The notes: a model not told the origin generated them from the sequence alone. Numbered from the whole stretch's first letter, positions 1 to 11,345 are shown. The stretch is 63,248 nt of DNA, filler included, from Aduncisulcus paluster (GCA_024181965.1; 23 parts of 23 records of this genome joined end to end with filler, not necessarily neighbours in it), one strand, 5' to 3'. Program-made: numbers and translations.

Positions 1-559
1 GATATAACACTCTTAACATCATATCTCGAAAGGTTTTTGTATCGGGCGTTTTCCAAATTTAGATGGACATTGGGTCTGATCAACCCAAGGGAGGCGTAAG
101 CCTTAATATTTATTATTTATTTTACTCCCCTTGACCCTCCTTGCTTCCCCCGGTGACCCCCCCCTGTATTCCTGTTTCATTTCGTAAAAAAGGGGGGGTC
201 CCCAACGATTTTTCTTTTTTTTTGGTTTTTTTATTTAATTTTCATAATTTAAGAAATTTTTATAGTAAAATAAAGGCAAATCTGTTTCAGTCATTTTATT
301 TTTCTTTTTCCTGCTCGTAGAATGCATTAAATAGCATTTCAACATTAAATTTAAGAAAATAAGACAATAAAATTTATTAGATACCCATTAAAACGTATTT
401 TTAATTTTAAGTTGTAAAATATAGTTTTTAACAACTTAAAATACTATTTTTTACAACTGAAATAAACTTGTAACCACTCCTTTATTTTCCTGTAATTCAA
501 TATATTTTACAACTTAATTTATATTGAATTTCAACTGAATTCCCTATAAATCGATTCGT

Positions 560-649
560 TGTGTTGAAGGGAAAGGAATGTGGTTTTATAAGAATAGTCG
601 ATATTTCTTTCTCAACTCCCTTGTTTTCCTTCGAGGTGATGATATTTGA
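560..649 (+). pseudogene. 3'-terminal fragment of the expanded GAYIC/FLPIDL domain family
   Basis: Manual translation CVEGKGMWFYKNSRYFFLNSLVFLRGDDI* matches the C-terminus of the copy at 1868-2680 (EGKGSWKEKNSRRFCIVSLVFLRGDD). Confidence 0.75.
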
Positions 650-1098
650 TGATATCATCAAATCATTTGATTCAAATGCGAAGACTTTCACCCCTCACTC
701 ACCTATTCTTATGACTTTTAGAAAAAATCCTTGGATAGAACCCTTGAAATTATGGCAATAAAGTTTCAGTTGACAATTATTTACGTTTCCATAAATATCA
801 ATTAGATTATTTTGAGTAAAAGTTTGTTTTGGAGATAAAATGAATGTGGTGCCATGTTGATCATCTTCATGATAGTATCAGATCATGGCTATCCGGGATA
901 TAACGATAGCGGCTGTCTTCCTTGGAGTTCCATTTAAAAATATTTCAACTTATCGAAAAAAACTAATATTTATCAATCCTATTCTTCATCCAATGGAATT
1001 AAAACATTTTCAAGGGTTTCTTCCGATCGAATTCTCTCTCCCTTTCCTTCAAGGACAAAAAGTTTTTGAATAATTCCTATTGAGTAATTTTCGCGAAT

Positions 1099-1824
1099 TT
1101 GTTGGATTATTTTATTATAATTTTATTGTTGTTGATTATTCCAATTCTTTTATTGCATTTTGGTGGCGGGAATGGCTTTTACGCAAAATTTCAGCAAACT
1201 GTCACTAATATTGGAACTACTGCCGGTGCCTTTGATGTTCCCACTCAATGCGCTAATATGACATCTTCTTCCCGTGGTATTTCTGGAAGTGCCGCTCTTC
1301 TCCGCTCTCTCATGACTCACAAGCCTGTGTGTGAGATTGATGCCTCTGGCGTCCGTTTTGCTGCTTATTCTCGCCGTTTCGCTAAGAAATATGCTTCATT
1401 AGAGGAGCGTACCGAGCGTCAGCGTTTATTTAGCCGTAGATATGCCATGATCGAAAAGCACAATGCCAACACTGAGAACACTTTCACAATGGCCATCAAT
1501 AAGTTTGCTGATCTCACCCTTGATGAGATTCACAAGATTTACACCGGATTCAGGCCTGCTTACCGTCGTGAAGGTGACGAAGACCATGGCAATGTAAATG
1601 ATGATCCCTTTTGGCACTCTGGTCAGTTTACCCACCTCATTGACCACACTCCCGAAACTGTGAGCGACTGGCGTACGATCGATTGGAGATTATACTCAAA
1701 CACTGTGTCCGGTACCGTTAATGACCAAGGAAACTGTGGAAGCTGCTGGGCTTTCAGTTGGCTGTTTTTACTTGTGATTCTGCAACAGTTATGCCGTCCT
1801 GTTTTACAGTTTAAATGCCAGTAA
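1099..1824 (+). pseudogene. Truncated papain-family (C1A, cathepsin L-like) cysteine protease: hydrophobic N-terminus, I29 propeptide and start of the mature domain only
   Basis: ERFNIN/GNFD-like propeptide (ERTERQRLFSRRYAMIEKHN...AINKFADLT), then DWR and QGNCGSCWAFS. Homology stops right after the catalytic Cys motif; there is no His/Asn half and no ATG before the hydrophobic segment. Confidence 0.8.
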
Positions 1825-1867
1825 ATCAGTTGGTTGTGCACCCATATGTTGTGAATAAACGACACTT

Positions 1868-2680
1868 TCACATACAGCAGCAGGTAGTGTCATCACCACG
1901 AAGGAAAACAAGGGAGACGATGCAGAAACGTCGACTATTCTTCTCCTTCCAACTTCCTTTCCCTTCAATCTTACACAATACAACATTATCCAAATCAATA
2001 GGAAGGAAGTAGCATTCTTCGTCATCTTTAGGTTTTGTGAATTCATACTTCTTGGATGTCTTCTTACCATAGCAATCAGTGAAAGTGAAGAAAAGAGAGG
2101 GTGAACTATCTTCATTCACACAGATATAGGCACCTTTCATTGGATGAGGTAATGAGAAAGGAACGGAAAGATGGGATAACCATACAAAACCTTCCCCTTT
2201 TAACATTTTTTGTGCATTTGGACTCTGATCATAATACACAGATTCCTTACAAAAGGCATCATCCTTGCACTTAACCATTGAGAATGAAGGATCTACAACT
2301 TGAAGCTTTAGTTCTTTTCGTAGAATGGGAATAGAATCAATACCTCCCACCTTAACAAACTCTGGTTTCACAACTTGAGCTTCAGACCATAGTTTCTCTT
2401 TGACTTCACGAGACAAGGTTTCTTCAAAAGTTTCTTCTCTACTAATGAAAACAAGGGATTGGATTTCAAAATACTCTTTCTCTCTTCCTTTCCCTGTAAT
2501 CTCACACAGAACAACATCAGGGAGATCAACAGGAAGGAAATGCCAATGAAAACCTTCAAATCCAGGAAATTCGTATTTCTTCGACGTTTTCTCACCCTTT
2601 GAAGACGTGAGAGTGAAGATAAGGTGTGATGGAGCTAAATTATGTCCATCCCACAGACAGTGTGGTATCCTTGCAGGTTC
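1868..2680 (-). pseudogene. 5'-truncated, intronless copy of the expanded GAYIC/FLPIDL tandem-domain family
   Basis: The frame of ORF 1868..2416 stays open to about 2680 (CLWDGHNLAPSHLIFT...KKYEF...WHFLPVDLPDVVLCEITGKG...) with no ATG upstream of the second unit. It holds about 1.5 domain units similar to 16430..17563. Confidence 0.75.
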
Positions 2681-2829
2681 TCAGAGGATCTATTTATAGA
2701 ACCGACTATGATGTGTTCGTTTATTAATAAATTGTACGTAAGCTTTATCGCATTCTACCATAAATTGATCAATTTTATAACGATTGATAGATATTGCTGA
2801 AAATTTTTTATTAAACCCTGCTAGAAAAC

Positions 2830-3044
2830 ATGGCTCCGAGGAAACCCAAAAACCCGAAGAAAACGAAGAAACCCGTCGAAGATATAGACGAAGAAGAACA
2901 ATTTGAAGAACAAAATGAAGTTTCTAACAACTCTGAAGAAGAAATTTCTGATGGAAAAGAACTTGAAGAAAAAGATGTTGTTTTGTCTGCGGAAGAAGAC
3001 AAAACCATGGAAAAACCCGATCCAAAAGAGAAAACTTTATTAAT
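2830..3044 (+). CDS. Hypothetical protein, basic/acidic N-terminus, 3' partial
   Basis: ATG after an AT-rich intergenic stretch; open to the contig end. Confidence 0.6.
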
Positions 3045-3144
3045 NNNNNNNNNNNNNNNNNNNNNNNNNNNNNNNNNNNNNNNNNNNNTTAATTAATTAA
3101 NNNNNNNNNNNNNNNNNNNNNNNNNNNNNNNNNNNNNNNNNNNN
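3045..3144. other. Artificial contig linker (first of 22)
   Basis: N44-TTAATTAATTAA-N44 (stops in all six frames). The same 100-bp linker starts at 3045, 10016, 11239, 12797, 14643, 20321, 21599, 22984, 24649, 26180, 29226, 31593, 33022, 34424, 35623, 40232, 47921, 49971, 57760, 59153, 60429 and 61686. Confidence 0.99.
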
Positions 3145-6100
3145 TTTGCTTTCGGATCAGAGGATGATTCTAATTTAGATTGTTGGCTTTCACTTGTAGC
3201 AGAAGCACCAGCAACATCACATGATGGATCTGATAGAACGAATGAAAGACCATTCTTTCTTTTTTCCTCAAGACTATGTCTAAAAATAGAACTAACTTTT
3301 GGAGCACGAATAGATACAGTGTCAGTGTAAAAAAACCTTGGATCATTGGTATCTGGCTTTTTCAATAAACTTCTGGCTGTGGCGACCGGATGCACAAGGC
3401 CTGGAGAACGTAAAGTCGAGAAATGAGTTGACTCAGTTGAGAACATCGTTGACGGTATGTAGTCCAATTCCATATTATGTTCCAAATTTGGCATGTCTTG
3501 TTGAATATGATGACTATTTACAGAGGAACTACCAACTCTTTTGTGCCGAGCAGACCGAGAAGATCGATCAAATGTATGGCCATGATCTTTGATGAAATCA
3601 TCAAAATCACTATCATCGTGTGATGAGACATCTTTCTCTTCCTCTTCCTCTTCTTCTTCTTCCTCTTCTTCGCTTCCATCGTCAAGTTGGGCATTTTGGA
3701 GCTGTTTTCGAAGTTGAGCAAGTCGTTTCTTTTCTTTTTTTTCCATATCAATTAATTCCTTTTTTTTCTCTTTCTCCTTTTCCAAAAGTAAAACTGTCTT
3801 CAAGTCTTTTCTCTTCATTTTGACACTCTCACCGACACCATACACATTAAATACTCCAATACTATATGAAGATTTTTGACAAGAACAAACTGGAACCTTT
3901 GCGTTTCTACTTTGCATAGCAGTTAATGTTTCTCTTCTTCTTTCATCTTTGTTAGTGTGTGGTTTTCTAAATCCTTGGATAATGCATCTTCGTGAATATC
4001 TTTTCCTCACTTTTTGCATTCCCAACCCACCAATTGGAAGAGAAGGAGAAGCCTGGACAACTCCTCGAACGCTCAATCTTTCCAAAGAAACTAAACAAGC
4101 CATATCGGAGGCGCAAAATAGAGAAGAAGCAGAGTCTGGGACCTTTGATGACTCAGAATCTGGTAAATCCACATGGGGAGGGAGCGGATTGTGCTCAAGA
4201 AAGATCGCGGCACTCTCAGAAATGGAAAGAATTGTACTGGCACCAAGATGTGGAGTTGAAAGAGGTTGTCTGAAGTTACCATACGGTGTTGATTGTGACA
4301 TTGCAACGGCTGTCGAAGTGGGAGTCGAATAATGTATTCCACCAGTGGATGAAACTGTAGCACCAGATAAGGACAATTGACTTCTTGAGTTTCTGTGGAC
4401 AGCCGGTGATATCTCACCAGAAAGGGAGTTTGAAGGGTTAGAATAAACAGTTGGAGCCACTTCTCCAGCGAAAACATTTGAAGTACAACCTCGTGGATAT
4501 CCCTCTGCTAATTTCTGTTTGATAGCTGTATCGGTCAAGTTCACTCCTACAAAAAGTGAATGAGATATTTGGAATATTCTATACATTAATGTTTCAGATA
4601 ACAAGAGTGCAGACTGACTTGGGAAATACCTAAGAAACGAACGGATAGTGAATGCTCCACAAAGTATTGGCCAGATAAACATTACTGTATCAGCAAAAGA
4701 TGAGTGGATTGAAGAACATTGGTTTACGAAGGAATGGGATAATAAATCGACAAGAAAACTTAACGTTTCTTTTTTGTTATATCTCGATATTAATGTATTG
4801 TGCGAATCATCTCTCTTTAAAATGCCCTGGAAATCATCAGAAGATAATTGTTCATAATATGAAGATAATATATCGTTATTATTCGAGTCTTTAGCATCTT
4901 GAGTTCGAGGTGATCGGTATGACGTCGCGATTCGAATCAGACTATTTATATCAAGAAGACCAGAGGCATCGATGATTTCACATGGGAATAAATTGCTATA
5001 TGTCAATGAATTGATGGTCTTCTTATCAAATGCAACAGTCCGACGTGGAGTTTCACCACTTGTGACACCAAATGCCGGTAAGAGTCCACGAGATCCATTG
5101 GGAGATAAGACACGACTTCGTTCCGTGGTAATTCCTTGTTTTTGAATATTCTGAAGCGTTTGTTGGGCAAGATATACTTTTGTTCCAAGTTCTAACTCAG
5201 TGCTCGAAGGTGAAAAAACTAAAGATTGGATATAAAAGAAGAAAATAGTCACGGTAGTCAGAGAACAAGGGTGCAAGAAGAAAGATTCTAGTTCACGAGG
5301 AATACAAGCACCAAAGAGGGCCAAACAATGACTCATAATTATTCTAGGTTCTATTTTTAGATTTGAGAAAGCTGTTTGGTTCGGTGTTTTGATTTTTGGC
5401 CTCCTTGTTTGGAAAGTCCTCGATTCTTTATGGATTTGTTCAAGCGATGAGTCAGTGCCATTGTGTTTGGGGGTTATATCCAAAATAGAAACGCCGTCTA
5501 TATCATCATCCAAGGTTGAAGATGGCTGTTTTGTCTTTGAAAGCTGGAAGAAAGATCCTTTTCTCTCGTCAGCAGTAAACAGTTGATTGTCGGATGGCAT
5601 GTCATGATCTCCAAGTCCCCAAGACCCATATCTCGAAGATTGCAAACCTTCTTCTCTCTGCTCTTGTGCTTTTTGCATTCTTTCCTGGATCTTTCGTTTC
5701 CTTTCTTCTTCTTCGCCATCCTCCTCTTCTCTTACGTGATTCTTAACGAACAATAACATTGATGCTGGAGATATTGAGGATTCTGAGGGAGCTGCTGGTG
5801 TTGGAAGACGTAAGCGTTGGCGTTGAAGCTTAGTGAGTCGATGTGTGAAATCGTTTCCTGAAATTCCACGATTGTCCGGATAGTCTGACATAAATGGATT
5901 GGATATTTTTCTTGAAGGTGTTGGAGGAATCTTGGATCCTTGATGAAAACTATGATATTCTCCTGATTGGGAATGGAATGATCCTTCTCTTCTTTCCTCT
6001 TCTTCCTCTTCCTCTTCTTCCTTCACTCTTTCTTGCCCATGAAAGTGGTGAGTTGGTGAAGCGTTGAACTCATCAAAATCGCCATGAAGTAACGAACTAT

Positions 6101-8232
6101 TGTAATTGTGTGAAGCGTATTGCATTTTCTCTCTTCTAGTTTCAAGAACACTGGCACATTGTCGCTCTCTTTCCCGTCGCATATGTTCGATGAATCGATC
6201 ACGTTGTTCCAAAGTCCGTTGGACGCTCGGACTCTCGAGATATGATCGCTTGCCCGGTTTGTTCCAAACACTCGATGACATACCATGCTTGCTCCTCTCT
6301 CTCTCATCTCGACGTTTAATAAGTCGACATATTCGGCAAATAGGTGTCGGAATGGAGGATGGAGTTGAATGGTTTGGTGATGATCCAGCTGTGATGTCAC
6401 TGCAAACGATCTCTGAAGAAGAGCCTTTGTATTCACTTTCCTGGTATCCAAGGTGAATGGTTTCCCTGCTCTGAGGTGTACAGGTATCACAGACAAGCGG
6501 GAGAGGAGGAGAGGTTGTAGGGGAGCCAGTGACAGCTGGAGAGTGTTCACAGAGGAATTTAAAAAGAGATACATCTTGATCATCCAGCTTGGCTCGACAG
6601 AGTGTGCAATGGAGAACAATTGGGGTATGATCAGAGAGTTGGGATGCATAAGACTCAGCGCCAGAGTCATCAGAATGGACAGAATCGGGAGTACAACTTG
6701 TTAAGGAAGAGACGGAGCGAAGAGTCATCTGACCAGAAGGTTGACGAGAGTGTTGCCGGGAAGGTTGAGAAGAAATGCCATCAATATGTTTGGAAACACT
6801 GCTAGAATACTGATCACCTCCCGCACCTTGAAGGTCAAGACTCGTCATTGGGCCAGCTGCTGATGATGTTGATGATGAATTATTTCGACGAACAAATTCA
6901 TTTTGGCTTAGAAAACGTTGTTTCATATCTTCTTCTTCTGCAATCCTCTCCTTTTCCCTCATTTCGGCTATCATTTCTTTGAATCGTTCATCGGTAGTTT
7001 TATATCTCTTTAATTGCTCCTCTTCACTTATTTCTCTTCTTCTTTCCTCTTTCTCTTTTGTTTCATCAAGTTTGGTGGCAAGAGACTCATCACGGGGCAT
7101 CACGAAAGATGAATCCACAGAAGACATGAACGAGGCGAGATTCTTTTGCTCTTTGTCAACAACAATTGATCTGAACCGAGTATGATCAGGTTGCACAGTC
7201 GTTGGAACAGGAACAATGCTATTTTTAGATCCAGTTTGGGACTCATATTTGGATTTAGATATTCCGATTTCTATATCAGTTTCTCGTAAGGTGAGTGGCC
7301 TTGAAGGTCCATAATGCTCTCCTTGACTATTAACATCACCATCTCTTATTTCTTCTTCTGTACGAAGTTTATCACAATCAATAAAACAGTCGCGGATATG
7401 GTTATCACTGTTTGCGCGTGCTATTTTTAGTGAGGCATTCAAATGAGCTTTTCCTTCTTGCGCAAAAAATGTGTGGATTGAAATGCAACCTTCTCTTCGT
7501 GTTTGGAAAGCAGCAGATATGGCGTCAAGACTTGAAGGAGAGCTTGTTGATGTAGATCCTGCGATTGAACTCCCATGATGTTGCTTCTCCCACTCTCTCT
7601 CTCCTCTCTCTTCTCTCTTTTCTTTTCCACCGTTCACTACCGCTAACACTGCCGACACTTTCGTTTGTCCGCTCCATAATCATAGAGATGGAAGATCCAT
7701 GCGGGAAAAGATCTTTCAAATGAGCAGGACGAGAAGATATGTCAGAGTTTTTGTTCATGGAATGTTTTTTGGAGAGGAGTTTGGAAAGACCAAGGGAAGT
7801 GGGACTCTGCATTTTGGGAGAGCGCGTAGAAGCTCGAGTAGGGGATGTTATAGATTGCGAAGCTGGTTTTACAGCACTTAAATTGATACTGTTGGCCATT
7901 TTAGAGTGAGTGGCGGGCATAGTGGTCGGAGTAACAGGAAAATCAACATCAACTTCAGAAAATTGGACTTTGGATGGAGATGGGGTCTTTGTATTCACTT
8001 TTGGTAATATATGATCATATCTTTTTGTTTTACGTGCTTTTTGCATCGTTTTGGCCAGAAGAAATGCAGAATGAAGTGAAAGAGGAGATGAAACTTTAGA
8101 ATAATTTGCATCGTTTTTGGCTGTTGGGAAACGTGAACCAATCCATTCTCGTTTTCTTGATATACGAGCCACAGAAGGGGAGGATTGAGTTGATAGGAAG
8201 GAAGTTGTAGTATCATCCCATTTATCTGGCAT
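3145..8232 (-). CDS. Large low-complexity protein with a Cys-rich (FYVE/PHD-like) cluster, 3' partial; apparent frameshift near 7590-7625
   Basis: ATG at 8232 (MPDKW...). This frame overlaps the 1521-aa frame across a (GA)n tract. Cys cluster CTLC...CEH...CDTC...CRIC. Confidence 0.7.
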
Positions 8233-8546
8233 TTTCAAAATAAAATACAATAATCAATAAAATATTTTAGAGGAAATCAATGAATAATGAAAAAATAGAA
8301 ACAAATTTTTGATATATTAATTAGATTAGCAGCAAAACCAACAAAATATTGTGTTTACTTGTGAAAAATATCAAAAACAGAAAATTTGATGAAATTTATT
8401 GAATTAATTGCATCTTAATAAAGTAAAAACCTGAAGTTATCAGGAATTAATTTTGAAATTGACGAGCCACAACAAATCTCACATTGAGATGAATTATTGG
8501 ATATATTTTGACTGTAATAATGCAATATTTGACTTGAATACAAATT

Positions 8547-10015
8547 TTATCTACATTCCAGTATTTCTATTGACCCGTTACCATCTCCAACTATGACGTA
8601 TTCTTTTCCAAGCATTCTGACCCAAGATCCACATGTTGGATAATTTTCAATTAAATCTTTTAATTCCCGACGCAATATACAACCCTTACAAACATCATAG
8701 ACAGATATTCTCTTATCATCTGCAATCACACAAATCAATTGAGGATGGCTTGGATGAACGGTCACGGAGGCAGGCCAAGATTTTCCAACACAACATCTAA
8801 AACGTGATAATATACGTGTTCCAATCCCTCCGCCGAATCCGCAGACGCACCCGAATCCATCTCGACCGACACTAACAACTACATTCCGAGCGAGTAATTG
8901 CAACTCACTCAATATAAGTGGCACCGAGGGATCCACAAGACCCAAATGAAGCAACATTGGCAAGACAGACCGATTGAGTGGCAAGACAGCCAGCGATGAT
9001 ACTGATGTCGAATGAACTGATAAGGAGTGAGTGATTGGATTTGAAAGCGTTGTTGAAAGGCCTAATGAAGGGGAGGAAGAGGAAGAAGAGGAAGAGGAGG
9101 AAGAGGAGGAAGAAGAGAAGAGGAGAGAAGAAGTAATATCTTTTATCATATCCTGGGAAAGTGACTTATACGCAAATGACATTATTATTCCATTATTAAG
9201 ACCAATAAATATAGATCCAAAGGAAGTATCAGAGGGGGTCGTGAAAGAACAGCACCTGGCATCGGTTTTATCGCCAATAATATATTCTGCGAGTGATTCA
9301 TCGCTGACAGCTTTCTCAATACATGATGAAATGCTTATTTGAGCTATGATATCTCCTTTTGAGCTAATATATATCAGACGGGCAGCAGTTACAACAACAA
9401 TTACATTATCATGGATAAATCCAATTCCAATGATCTTTTCGCCCATCAACTTAACTTGAACGACAACAGAAACCTCGAATGCACCGGCCTGGTCTGATAT
9501 TGACACTCTCCAGAGACGAACATTTCCATTAACACAGCCAGTGGCCAATAAAGAACCATCGGGGGAGAAAGCAATGCCACGGACCTCATCCATGTGCGAC
9601 GATATTGTTGAAATGACCTTAAATTGTGGAATTAGGATAAAAAGAACAAGTCCATCTTCACAGGAAACGGCCAGCAACGGACGAACAGGATGACGACAAA
9701 TAGAAATGACTCGCGCTGAATGAAAGTGTAAGGTTGATATAGACTTTGATGGAAGCGTTTCCTTTAATTTGAGCTTCATTTCACCAGACATTTGTTTGAT
9801 TTCTTCCTGGAGTGATAAAATTTGAGAATTAAGCCGTAAATTGGAAGCAAATCTCCGTTCTAAATCGGGGAATTTGACAGTTTCAACCATTTTTACGTCC
9901 TTAGATGTATCATCTACGACTTTAGGAGTTGAATGACCTTGAGATTCGAAATCAGCAACAACTGATTTCAAATCATCTATATCAAGCTTTGTTTCTTTAA
10001 TAAAATGTTTTGATG
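8547..10015 (-). CDS. LIS1: LIS1/NudF-like dynein regulator (LisH tail, coiled coil, WD40), 5' partial
   Basis: LERRFASNLRLNSQILSLQEEI resembles the LIS1 coiled coil. First blades HPVRPLLAVSCEDG and HMDEVRGIAFSPDGSLLA. C-terminus YVIVGDGNGSIEILECR parallels LIS1 ...KVWECR. The frame is open to the contig end. Confidence 0.8.
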
Positions 10016-10115
10016 NNNNNNNNNNNNNNNNNNNNNNNNNNNNNNNNNNNNNNNNNNNNTTAATTAATTAANNNNNNNNNNNNNNNNNNNNNNNNNNNNN
10101 NNNNNNNNNNNNNNN

Positions 10116-10194
10116 AGTCTTTGATACAATATTATAGTCTTTGATACAATATTATAGTCTTTGATACAATATTATAGTCTTTGATACAATATTA
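10116..10194. repeat. 20-bp minisatellite (AGTCTTTGATACAATATTAT) x~4, cut by the contig start
   Basis: Identical units at 10116, 10136, 10156 and 10176. Confidence 0.95.
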
Positions 10195-10228
10195 GTACAG
10201 TATAGTATAGTACAGTATAGTATAGTAG
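10194..10228. repeat. (AGTAY)x7 pentanucleotide microsatellite
   Basis: AGTAC AGTAT AGTAT twice, then AGTAG. Confidence 0.9.
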
Positions 10229-10258
10229 GAAAACATTTATTTAAGTAATAAACGGCCT

Positions 10259-10420
10259 AAGGCGAGAGCCTTGTGGCGGACGTGACCCTCTCAGGGCATC
10301 ATCTGGGGGGTAGTGGACTTCGATCTCCTGCTTTGTTCATCCTATTTCACTGTTCACCCGTTAGAGTACATCCAGGTCCATAAGAGTTAAGCAGTTGATC
10401 GGGTCATATCCGTATTTTTG
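10259..10420 (+). ncRNA. Candidate structured non-coding RNA or retroelement UTR, family unassigned
   Basis: GC-rich island with no ORF. GNRA hairpin, 12-bp long-range closing helix, internal helices and a possible pseudoknot; ends in ATTTTTG. Folded by eye only. Confidence 0.45.
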
Positions 10421-10612
10421 GTAAGAAGAAGGATAGAGGTAAGTGAAAATTCGTGTATAAAATAAGGGGTGTTTTTAGGCACCAAAATATAATTTAAGTA
10501 AAGAAATAGTTATTATAATAGTCATTTGTTTGCCTCCTTTAACCATTTTCCTTAATTACATAATTTTGTTGTAAATATATATTAATACTTTATACCTTTC
10601 TTGATTTTAATC

Positions 10613-10695
10613 ACTCTCGTAGCCGAGTGGTAGGATCTCTTTTTTATCACTGGATAGATTTGAGAGGGCCGTGGGTTCAAATCCCGCATCGTCCG
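10613..10695 (+). pseudogene. tRNA-like element or tRNA pseudogene with intact Pol III A and B boxes
   Basis: A box TAGCCGAGTGG (10620-10630); T arm GTGGG-TTCAAAT-CCCGC with B box (10671-10687); T5 at 10698; TATA-like run ~30 nt upstream. The acceptor stem does not pair and there is an internal T6. Confidence 0.6.
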
Positions 10696-10859
10696 AATTT
10701 TTCCATCAGCCAAATTTCGTATACATTTCTGGTTTTCCTTGCATACATGCATGGGCAATTAAATATTATTACTGGAACAAATAGGCCGGTATTAGGGCTT
10801 ACTAAATACATAGTTTTCATTTGATCATTTTAAGAACTTTGGTGATTTTTAAACATTTC

Positions 10860-11238
10860 TTGCAATAGGTGTCTTCTGTCTCTTTTCACTGGATTTTAAT
10901 GCACAAAAACCCATTTTTAAGCAGCTAGAATGATAGTTACTGACACTGTTCTTGAAAAATTTCTCTTAATTCTGCAGCTATTGGAATTGATGTATTTTGG
11001 TGTTCATTGGGTGTCTCTCTGTTTCTTTTCATCGGATTTCACGGCACAAAACCATGTTTTCTGACCCTCTGAATGATAGTTACTGACACTGTTCTTGAAA
11101 AATTTCTCTTAATTCTGCAGCTATTGGAATTGATGTGTTTTGGTGTTCATTGGGTGTCTCTCTGTTTCTTTTCATCGGATTTCACGGCACAAAACCATGT
11201 TTTCTGACCCTCTGAATGATAGTTAATGACACTGTTCT
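10860..11238. repeat. 143-bp tandem repeat (satellite), cut by the contig end
   Basis: Near-identical units start at 10928, 11071 and 11214, with a degenerate partial unit before 10928. Confidence 0.9.
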
Positions 11239-11345
11239 NNNNNNNNNNNNNNNNNNNNNNNNNNNNNNNNNNNNNNNNNNNNTTAATTAATTAANNNNNN
11301 NNNNNNNNNNNNNNNNNNNNNNNNNNNNNNNNNNNNNNGAAAACA

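Noticed and set aside
10116..10194. CRISPR array
   Set aside because: The units are directly adjacent with no spacers, the context is eukaryotic and there are no cas genes.
10300..10385. HDV-like ribozyme
   Set aside because: P2/P3-like pairings can be drawn, but P1, P1.1 and the J4/2 motif cannot.
10372..10394. SRP RNA helix 8 (CCAGG...AGCAG)
   Set aside because: The intervening 13 nt do not form the required short stem with GNRA tetraloop, and there is no helix 6 GNAR loop.
10250..10444. U1 snRNA on the minus strand (starts ACTTACCT)
   Set aside because: No Sm site on that strand and no convincing U1-70K or U1A loops. The octamer is simply the complement of a splice-donor-like AGGTAAGT.
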